Shown here: piece by piece, positions 56,326-64,000 of the stretch
Layout: each line of letters begins with the position of its first letter
Numbering within the stretch: the first letter of the stretch is position 1
From: an uncultured virus (IMG/VR IMGVR_UViG_3300022562_000410)
Taxonomy: Duplodnaviria > Heunggongvirae > Uroviricota > Caudoviricetes
Reading direction: 5' to 3' (one strand)
IMG/VR virus record: IMGVR_UViG_3300022562_000410
Length of the DNA stretch: 64,000 nt
Notes under the pieces: model-generated
What the model saw: only the letters and a program-made list of their open reading frames with translations
Told to the model about the DNA's origin: nothing
Databases searched by the model: none
Program-made: the position numbers and the translations under genes

Positions 56326-56851
56326 CAAGATAAAGATCATCACCGCCGACACCAACCGGGAACAGATCGAGGCATTGCTCGATCAGAAAGAACTGATCGA
56401 CGCGCAGATACGCCAGTTGCGCTACGAAGAGCTGCACCCGCCGATTCAGGAATACCCGGATTTCGAGAGTGTTGAGTTCACCATGCTCGACACACTGGAG
56501 CCATACAACAACCTGAACATGACCCGCAAGGTGACGATGCATTTCATCGTTGCTGGCAAGGAATATACGTGGTCGAATCAGCAGGAGATGCCGGACTTTC
56601 AGGCCATTGCTTCTGGCGTGCAGGACATCGATGCCGATACATGGATCATCGAGCTGCCGAAGATCGAGTGGAAAGAGGACATGTCCACAGAAGACAGAGC
56701 CATCGTGATTGGCCGCTTCGAGCGATACAAGGGCGGCTTGCGCGACAACCTGCGGATGTGCCCTCAGGAGCTGAAGGACGCATACACCCGGACGCATGTC
56801 ATGCCGAAGCGCCGAGCCGTATACTACGTTTACCCGGTAGCGATGCCGTAG
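56318..56851 (+). CDS. Hypothetical protein
   Basis: GAGG SD; 177 aa. Confidence 0.65.
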   Translation: MNSKIKIITADTNREQIEALLDQKELIDAQIRQLRYEELHPPIQEYPDFESVEFTMLDTLEPYNNLNMTRKVTMHFIVAGKEYTWSNQQEMPDFQAIASGVQDIDADTWIIELPKIEWKEDMSTEDRAIVIGRFERYKGGLRDNLRMCPQELKDAYTRTHVMPKRRAVYYVYPVAMP

Positions 56852-56876
56852 GTCGAACACCAACAGGGACGTAGCC

Positions 56877-57764
56877 ATGAGTGGTCTAGTCAATTCGGTC
56901 AAGAAGGTCTTCAAGAAGGCGACCAACTTCGTGAAGAAATACTGGAAGCCAATTCTTGCAGCCGTCGCCATTTACTTCACGGCAGGGGTGGCCCTGTCCT
57001 ACTTTGGGAGTACCGCTGGCTTTGCCAGCAGCTTACCGGGGTTCGGAACAGGGGGCCTATTCAGCAAGGCTGCTGTCTGGATGGGCTTCAACGGGACGGC
57101 AGGCAGCGGACTCTTCAACACTGCGGTGGCTGCGGGCAAGATCGCCCCAGCCATCGCCACAACCGCTAACACTACGGGCGTGCTCGCGGCGGATACCGGA
57201 GCGATCGGCGCAGGTGGTAGCAGTGGTGGCCTGTTTGTCAACCCAGTGACGGGCGAGGCTGGGGCCAAGGCTTCCGCTTCCATGCTGGCTGGCGGAGGCG
57301 GGGCTGCTGCCGGGGGTGGTGGTGGCGCACTGGTCGCGCAGCAGGCCACCCAGTCCGCAACCGAAAGCGCACTGGTCAAGGCGCTGGAAACCCAGACCAA
57401 GCTCAGCATGGTCAAGATGGGAATCGACACGGTGTCCGGCCTGTTGGCTCCTGATCCGTACGAAGAGGCCCGCAAGATGCACGATCTGCAATACGCCTCT
57501 TCTTTCGGCGTAGACCGGCAGGGCAATGATACCTTTGGCTGGGGTAAGAGCGACAGCGCGGCTGGCTGGGCCAACATGAATAAACGACAGTCCGGGTTTG
57601 GTTCCAATGTGGGCTACGGAATGTCGTCCGACCAGAGCCAGTTCCGTGAAGCCCAGTTCGTGCCAACCCAGCACGAGCAGAACAACCCATATGGTCAGAT
57701 GAAGCCACAGCAACCACCCGGACAGCCTGCCTTTGTGCAGCCGAGCATGAACCGGAGAGCGTAA
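56877..57764 (+). CDS. Putative DNA ejection/pilot protein
   Basis: Basic amphipathic start, TM segment, G/A-rich. Confidence 0.65.
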   Translation: MSGLVNSVKKVFKKATNFVKKYWKPILAAVAIYFTAGVALSYFGSTAGFASSLPGFGTGGLFSKAAVWMGFNGTAGSGLFNTAVAAGKIAPAIATTANTTGVLAADTGAIGAGGSSGGLFVNPVTGEAGAKASASMLAGGGGAAAGGGGGALVAQQATQSATESALVKALETQTKLSMVKMGIDTVSGLLAPDPYEEARKMHDLQYASSFGVDRQGNDTFGWGKSDSAAGWANMNKRQSGFGSNVGYGMSSDQSQFREAQFVPTQHEQNNPYGQMKPQQPPGQPAFVQPSMNRRA

Positions 57765-58591
57765 TGCCAGAGTTCATTCCCCAAGGACAGGCCCCTCAGG
57801 GGCAAGGTGGGCAGGAGATGGTGGCCCCAGCTCCCGCCCAATTCCTCTCGCCTCAGCAATCCGCCCAGATGGCCCAGACCGGCATGCAGGCGCAGGGTCA
57901 GCCACAGGCCCCTCCGGGCGCTCCGGTGGGGGCTGGCATGGGTGCGACGCAGGAGGACCCGTTCAACGCGCCCGAGGAGCCAGCAACAGACGAAGAGGAG
58001 CAGCAGTTCGAGGACCTGTTCATCCGTACCATTGCCGCCGTCAATGACAACCGCAAGCCACCGAAGGGTCGGCGCTCGCTGGCTGATGAGGTGGTCAGGC
58101 AGTTGTCGCAGAAAGGCAAGGAGGCCTACATCGTCATCGGCGATACAGCAGGCCTGATCATGACCCAGATGGTGGATAACGCGAAGCGTCAGGGGGTGCA
58201 GTACGAAGGCTCGGTCGTCATGCAGGCTGGCATGGGCCTTATCGGTGAGTTGATCAAGATTGCCCGTATGTCCGGCGCGATCAAGAACCTACCAGAAGAG
58301 GATTCGGAAGAGGAGCAAAAGCTGGTTGAGCTGGCCGCGTTGCAGGGATCGAAGTATTTCGGTGAGTATCAGCTCTCCACCGGGCAGGCTGATCAGATGG
58401 GGCATCGCAAGGAGCTGGACGAGCAGATGCAGCGCGAGGCTGACTCAGGGCAGCTCGATGACTGGGGCATGGAGCAGATGAGCCCCGACATCCGGGCCTC
58501 TCTGATGCAACAGATCGGCGGAGGTGGTGGGCAGGGGCCGCAGCCATCGCCGCAGCCACAGGCCCCACAGGGAATGCAGGGAGCACGCTGA
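57764..58591 (+). CDS. Putative internal virion protein
   Basis: Q/P/G-rich; position. Confidence 0.55.
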   Translation: MPEFIPQGQAPQGQGGQEMVAPAPAQFLSPQQSAQMAQTGMQAQGQPQAPPGAPVGAGMGATQEDPFNAPEEPATDEEEQQFEDLFIRTIAAVNDNRKPPKGRRSLADEVVRQLSQKGKEAYIVIGDTAGLIMTQMVDNAKRQGVQYEGSVVMQAGMGLIGELIKIARMSGAIKNLPEEDSEEEQKLVELAALQGSKYFGEYQLSTGQADQMGHRKELDEQMQREADSGQLDDWGMEQMSPDIRASLMQQIGGGGGQGPQPSPQPQAPQGMQGAR

Positions 58592-58592
58592 C

Positions 58593-59741
58593 ATGGGTCT
58601 GAACTGGTACGGTGGCGCTCAGGGCGCGTCAAAGGGTCTGGAGACCTTGCTTGGTGTTCAGTCAAAGAATATCGACATGCTCTACGATCAGGTAACGCGA
58701 GAGAATCACGATCGCTTTGCCTCCGCCGAGGCCGAGAAGCAACGACAGTTTGTGAAGGAACAGGCCGACACCGAGTGGAGTCGGAAGATGCCGCTCGAAT
58801 ACGGCAAGCTGAACCTGCAGGGACAGCAGATCGAAGCCACTAATAAGTTGCAGCAGGCTCAGCTTGAGGCGACCACGGCGTACCAGAACGCCAACATTGG
58901 CATTCAGCAGCAGCGCAATGAGATGACCGGTCTGGCCAATGCCGCCACCGCCGAGTCCAGACGAGCGACTAATGCCCGCGAGCAGGCAGCGGATGATCAG
59001 AAGACACTGGATGCGATCAACGAGAAGATCGCTGCAGCCGAAAAGGACATTGTGTCTACCCCAGAACAGCGCCAGTCCGACATCAACTATTGGAAGGAGC
59101 AGCGCCAGCTCGTAACGGAATACGGGGCCGATGGTGCGATGGACTTCACCAAGATACAGAGCATCATGGCTGGCCACCCACAGACCGAGTACTACGGGCG
59201 GGCCTATGCCCTGATGAAACCCGAGGAGCGGCGGAACGTGGACCGGGAGGCTCTGCGCCTTCAGAGAGACAAGAAGGCGGATGGCCGTCGCCAAGCCTAC
59301 GCCATGGCGATCGACGCTGTGATGGGAGAAGGGGAGGCCCAGACCCCTGCCAAAGAGGAGAAACCGCCTCAGAATCGATCTGAGGGGCAGGGGCAGGCCA
59401 CTCCAAAGGCTGAGACACCTGAAAAAAAGACTCAGCCCCAATTCACTGATCTTCCCGCGAAACCTCCGGGCTATGATTTCTCGGCTGAGAAGGGGATGAC
59501 CCGTGAACAGCGAATCGCTGCCCAGAACACTGCGGCAGTGGCGACCAGTAAGTACAAGAAGGCCACCAAGGCGCAGGTTGAGGCGCTGGCCAAGGAGCTG
59601 GCCAAGAAGGACGGTTTTCAGATGTGGGGCATGCTGTTCCGTGGTCAGCGGAACAAGTACCTTGAGATGGCTCAGGAACAGATCGACAAAGCTCCTCGCG
59701 AGGACACGAGGTTTATCGCTGCTAGTGGTGGGTCGAAATAG
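58593..59741 (+). CDS. Putative DNA ejection protein
   Basis: GGAG SD before ATG 58593; Q/A/E-rich coiled coil. Confidence 0.6.
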   Translation: MGLNWYGGAQGASKGLETLLGVQSKNIDMLYDQVTRENHDRFASAEAEKQRQFVKEQADTEWSRKMPLEYGKLNLQGQQIEATNKLQQAQLEATTAYQNANIGIQQQRNEMTGLANAATAESRRATNAREQAADDQKTLDAINEKIAAAEKDIVSTPEQRQSDINYWKEQRQLVTEYGADGAMDFTKIQSIMAGHPQTEYYGRAYALMKPEERRNVDREALRLQRDKKADGRRQAYAMAIDAVMGEGEAQTPAKEEKPPQNRSEGQGQATPKAETPEKKTQPQFTDLPAKPPGYDFSAEKGMTREQRIAAQNTAAVATSKYKKATKAQVEALAKELAKKDGFQMWGMLFRGQRNKYLEMAQEQIDKAPREDTRFIAASGGSK

Positions 59742-59775
59742 CAGCCTATTAAAGCCCTGACGGGCTGGGACAGGC

Positions 59776-62700
59776 ATGGACAAGGATTATTCGTCGTTTG
59801 CGGAAGATAAAACCTATACGCAGGAAACGGAAGCTCCACCTTTAACCGCATCAGCAGCGCTAGAGATACCAGAATCAAGCGACTATTACTCGTCGTTTTC
59901 TAGCGATATCGACTATACCAAGGGCCCCGAACCAGCTCAGGGTGCGCCGGGAGAAGAACCCTCTTTCCTGAAGAACCTCGTCGCTGAGTGGGGTGTTGGT
60001 TCCGGTCAGCTCGCTCAAGGTATCGGGCAACTGATGGACGACTGGCTCGGATGGAAGAGCGGAGCTGAATTCGTCCGCAACGCAGGGCAGCGAGCCGAGG
60101 AGTACTGGAAAGGCTCGATCCCCGAGGACGAGTGGAACCGGATCGAGAAGGAGACTCAGAAGAACTTTATGACCCTCAAGGACGAGGGCGACTGGTGGAA
60201 CCCCATGGACTGGGAGCGGGGCGACATGGGTCTCGAAGGCTTGCTCTATATGGGCATGCAGTCCATGCCAGCCACGGTGGCCACCATGCCGATCGCCGGA
60301 CTTGGTGGTAAGTTGGGGATGGCTGCGATCAGCAAGATACCGGGCGTATCCAAGCTGATAACCACTTCTAAGGTCGGAAAACTAGCTGAGGCGGCTGGCG
60401 GATCGGCGGAAGCGATCAAGGCCGGGAAGCGGGCCGATAAGATTCTAAACCGGATTCAGGGAACCCTCATGGGCACTACCTATGGTGGCGCTGAGGGCGC
60501 GATTTCGGCTGGCCAGACGGGCTACCAAATCAATCAGCAGGTTGACAACATGCGGTTCGAGGACCTGCTGTTGAAAAGTGACTATGCCCGGAACGTATAC
60601 GAGGCCCACATCGCCGAGGGTATGGACCCTGAGGAGGCGGCGAACCAGACACGGGAAATGGTCAAGGAGAAGGCCAGATCAGACGCCATGTGGAAGACCA
60701 TGGTCACCACAAGCGCTCTGGGCGCTCCCATGGGCATGTTCTTCTCCTCCGTGCTGCTCAGGACACCATGGGCTAAGGCTTTCGCTTCCGGCAAGGTGGC
60801 TGGATTGGTTGAGGGCGCAGCAGGTGAGGCCGCACAGGAGACTTTGCAATCGGCCTTTGAGCAGTATTGGCAGAACGAGGCGACACAGAAGTATGCGGAC
60901 AAGACGATCAAGCTCTCCGATGGTGTGTTCGAGGCTGCTCTCACAGGTGGTATTGTCGGCGGTGTTCTGGGTGGCGCTTTCGGCGTGGCTGGTACGCCAA
61001 CTAAGGCTCAGGCCCAGAGGGAAGAAACCCGCACCCAGAACCTGAAGGACAACCTGAAGGTTGAGGTGCATTCACGACTGGCCGCTTCTAGTCTGATGCA
61101 GAACTATGGCAAGACGCCAGAGCAGGCTACTGAGATTATCACCCCGATTATGCAGCGCTACTCGGAAACCAGAAATCTGGTTGAGGCGGCTGCTGACCTG
61201 AAGTTCCTTGAGATGACAGGTCGTACTCGTGAGCGTGGCCTTGATAATGTTGGGCAGGCCCAGCCGGATTACGGCGACCTCGATGTCAGTGTTGAAGAGG
61301 AGGCTGGGCAGGAGCGCAACGGCCACACCCTGAAGTACCCAGCCGGGAAGATCAACGGCACGGTCGGCGCTGACGGCATGAACGTCGATATCGTTGGTCC
61401 GGGCACCGGCAATCGCATCTACATCGCCGAGAAGTTGGCCCCTGATGGTACCTTCGAGCAGCACAAGGTCCTGTATGGCTTCGAAAATGAAGAGCAGGCC
61501 ATGGATGCGTTCTACAGCACATGGGGCCGGGACGACGCCGACAACCTCGGCAACCTGACTGAGGTTAACAATCAGGAGCTGAACGACGCTCTGGCCCGCT
61601 GGACACGTGACTATGGAACTGAACTGGGACCAGCCACCGATGAGCCGCTGACGCCAGAAGAGGACCTCGCGCTTCGCAAGGATGAAGACTTGCAGGTTGG
61701 CATCGAGGATGTCCAGTCCCAGCTTGATTATGTACAGAACGAGGACGGCTCTTACCCGACCGAAGCTGAGCCTCTGCTCAACCGCCTGAAGGTGCTACAG
61801 GAAGAGAAACAGCGCCGGATCAACTCTGGTGAGTGGCAGCAAGAAGCGGGCGTGGAACAGCCCGTGGAACAAGGTGAACAGGGTTCCCAGCCAGAGGGCG
61901 AAAATCAAGCAACCACACAGGTTTCAGAGGAAGCTCCACGTGGAACAGAAGGGGGTGAAACACCACTCAGCCTGCGCGAGGGTGGCCGTACCATGCGCGG
62001 GCCATACCCGGAGCGGATACGGCCTTCCGAGGCTGCTGGTGCTGGTGAGAGGGCGGTCGATGTCGATTTCTTGCATCTCTCTCGCGAACCTGATCTGCAG
62101 GTATTGAAGGGCGAGAAGGCTAGCACCTCCGCCGTCCGGCGTACGCGAGCCAAGGTGGGTCGTGAAGCCACTGCCAATCGAGTTTACATCTACGCCCAGC
62201 AAGAGAAGGCGATGGGTGGCCGTTCTGTTAGTGGCAATGAGTCCGTTGTCTCTCGGGCCTCGGATCAGGTCTACAGCGGGACCGCTACCAACCTGTACGA
62301 CTTTGATGCTGATCCGCTGAACCTGCTGCAGGGGGCAAAGATGCCCTCTGAAAGCATGGAAGCCGCCATCCTCAAGGCGGGTTACGACGGTTGGTACTAC
62401 GAGAAGTTCCCGAAAATACATGGCGGCATGGGCGTCATCCTCAACAAGGATGTGGCGGCGATGTATCACGGTCGCGCCCAGAAGGTTAAGGAGCTGTTGC
62501 GCGAGCCGAGCATGTTCCAACATCTGGTCGCGTGGGAAACCATCCCCGGCAGTGCCTCCCCATTTGCCGCAGCCACCTCTCTGCTGACCCCGGCAGAAGC
62601 TCAGGTGCTGAACGAGAAGCTGCTGCTCGGCGTGGTGATCCAGAAAGACCTCCGTAGTGATATGCTGGCCTCGGCCATGGGACTTCCATCGCGGCTGCTG

Positions 62701-64000
62701 TTACAGCGCTGGGGCGGATATTCCGGTAAGGTCATGCCGTCGATGCAGGTTGGTCTTGACAGCGCCCTGCAAGCCAACCTGTATTCGGCGGCGATTAAGC
62801 TGATCTACCAGCAGGATGCCGTGCCATGGATGCATGCCACGCCCAAGGGGGACAGGGACGGCATCGAAATCGAGCTGGACAGAACACCGACCCAGAAGCA
62901 GCTCGAAGCCTTCCAGCGTGAACTTGAGAAAAATCTCGGGCAGTTTGTTGGGTTCACGGTCATGCCGGATGGCAGGATCATGGTCGGGAACTACGATGAG
63001 AATGTATCCAGAGCGCAGTTTGTAGCGCGAGTGGATCGCTCGGCAGCAGTGCTTCCAAGTGGTACAATGACCTCCTTCAAGTTCGAGGGCGCGTATCGTG
63101 ACGAAAGCCAGCAAGAAACTAAAGAACTTGCGCTACGCTGGGCAAGCGAAGCCGGATCACCGAATCTACAAGAGTGGATTTCAACTGCTCAGGCCCGTGC
63201 GGCAAAGGCCGCAGGGGAATTCTTCAGCTCCCTCCCAAGAAGCCACGCCGCCCGCCAAGCCTACGAAAACTCAGCAGTAACCCCGCTCAGCCTGCTGCCG
63301 GAGGAGTTCCAGCTCACTCCTCCCGACGAAGAGGCTGAGGCCGAATACAAGGACCCATTCTATTCAGCCCTTCTCCGAACGGTGGAGGAGGGTTCGCAGC
63401 GTGGTATGCCAAAGAAGGGAGCCAAGGCCATCAAGGAATGGCTGCTTGCTGCCCAGAGGAAAGGTCTGTTCAAGAAGGAGGAGTACGACTGGCTGGACCT
63501 TGATCGTGTGTTCGAGGATTACAGCGAGGTCGGCGCTCCCGAAATGAAGCGTCAGGACCTACTCGATTACGTTAAGAGAAATCAGGTCAGGATTGAGGAC
63601 TCCTTTGCTGGTGCGCCAGACCGTGCAGCGTTCCGTCCTTACGATATAGCCCTCGGTGATCTGCTGGATTACATCTATACCCTCAGTGCCACCAGCGGGA
63701 TCAATGAGAGCGCCCTGAAGATGTGGGCCAACGGCACTGACGTCGGGGGCATAGAAGCTATCCCAGAGCATCAGCGTAATGAGCTGCTGAGGCGTCATGA
63801 AAAGTTCATCCAGCTTGAGGCGCAGTCCATCGAGCGCGGCCTCAAGACGGATCGACCGGCAACCAAGTATGAGGAATACAGTCTGGCCGGTGGTCGGAAT
63901 GCTCGCGAACTACTACTGGTTGTCCCCGGTATTGGTGAGTGGGGCGATGGGCATATATGGAATCAGGACGGTCGAAAGCGGGCGGTTGTTCATGTCCGAT
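59776..64000 (+). CDS. N-terminal part of giant polyvalent/ejection protein (3' truncated; absent from ORF track) with degenerate inorganic pyrophosphatase-like domain
   Basis: ATG 59776; frame spot-checked open to window end; AGEAAQE helical region; GTVGADG..VD...HKVLYGF at ~61270..61530; YEEYSLAGGRNARELLL...VVHVR at the end. Confidence 0.85.
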   Translation, partial: MDKDYSSFAEDKTYTQETEAPPLTASAALEIPESSDYYSSFSSDIDYTKGPEPAQGAPGEEPSFLKNLVAEWGVGSGQLAQGIGQLMDDWLGWKSGAEFVRNAGQRAEEYWKGSIPEDEWNRIEKETQKNFMTLKDEGDWWNPMDWERGDMGLEGLLYMGMQSMPATVATMPIAGLGGKLGMAAISKIPGVSKLITTSKVGKLAEAAGGSAEAIKAGKRADKILNRIQGTLMGTTYGGAEGAISAGQTGYQINQQVDNMRFEDLLLKSDYARNVYEAHIAEGMDPEEAANQTREMVKEKARSDAMWKTMVTTSALGAPMGMFFSSVLLRTPWAKAFASGKVAGLVEGAAGEAAQETLQSAFEQYWQNEATQKYADKTIKLSDGVFEAALTGGIVGGVLGGAFGVAGTPTKAQAQREETRTQNLKDNLKVEVHSRLAASSLMQNYGKTPEQATEIITPIMQRYSETRNLVEAAADLKFLEMTGRTRERGLDNVGQAQPDYGDLDVSVEEEAGQERNGHTLKYPAGKINGTVGADGMNVDIVGPGTGNRIYIAEKLAPDGTFEQHKVLYGFENEEQAMDAFYSTWGRDDADNLGNLTEVNNQELNDALARWTRDYGTELGPATDEPLTPEEDLALRKDEDLQVGIEDVQSQLDYVQNEDGSYPTEAEPLLNRLKVLQEEKQRRINSGEWQQEAGVEQPVEQGEQGSQPEGENQATTQVSEEAPRGTEGGETPLSLREGGRTMRGPYPERIRPSEAAGAGERAVDVDFLHLSREPDLQVLKGEKASTSAVRRTRAKVGREATANRVYIYAQQEKAMGGRSVSGNESVVSRASDQVYSGTATNLYDFDADPLNLLQGAKMPSESMEAAILKAGYDGWYYEKFPKIHGGMGVILNKDVAAMYHGRAQKVKELLREPSMFQHLVAWETIPGSASPFAAATSLLTPAEAQVLNEKLLLGVVIQKDLRSDMLASAMGLPSRLLLQRWGGYSGKVMPSMQVGLDSALQANLYSAAIKLIYQQDAVPWMHATPKGDRDGIEIELDRTPTQKQLEAFQRELEKNLGQFVGFTVMPDGRIMVGNYDENVSRAQFVARVDRSAAVLPSGTMTSFKFEGAYRDESQQETKELALRWASEAGSPNLQEWISTAQARAAKAAGEFFSSLPRSHAARQAYENSAVTPLSLLPEEFQLTPPDEEAEAEYKDPFYSALLRTVEEGSQRGMPKKGAKAIKEWLLAAQRKGLFKKEEYDWLDLDRVFEDYSEVGAPEMKRQDLLDYVKRNQVRIEDSFAGAPDRAAFRPYDIALGDLLDYIYTLSATSGINESALKMWANGTDVGGIEAIPEHQRNELLRRHEKFIQLEAQSIERGLKTDRPATKYEEYSLAGGRNARELLLVVPGIGEWGDGHIWNQDGRKRAVVHVR

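Overview
The window is most of a GC-rich dsDNA phage genome with a podovirus-like layout. The spanin pair implies a Gram-negative host. It starts and ends inside giant polyvalent/ejection-type ORFs (<1..5409 and 59776..>64000), possibly one gene split by circular permutation. Gene order: RecT/RecE-like recombination, SF2 helicase, nucleases, SSB; terminases; a leftward early/accessory operon (15856..20486) behind a near-consensus sigma70 promoter; a rightward cluster of small genes including RusA; portal, scaffold, capsid; tail and fibre genes; lysis cassette; ejection proteins. No integrase, primase, DNA polymerase, tRNA or CRISPR array was recognised. The main finding is an RNA-based expression system. 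Five type II pseudoknotted hammerhead ribozymes punctuate the leftward operon, each just upstream of a shared ribosome-binding motif (UCAACAGAGGAG; CCGACAGAGGAG in one copy). They should cut the transcript into gene-sized pieces whose ends could re-form a ribozyme and circularise. A separate predicted ~90-nt sRNA (~5787..5874) displays the complement of that same RBS motif, and of the recT RBS, in a hairpin loop. A palindrome, GGGAAC-N3-GTTCCC, recurs at the relevant promoters. All structures were folded by eye and all protein calls come from motif recognition; no searches were run.
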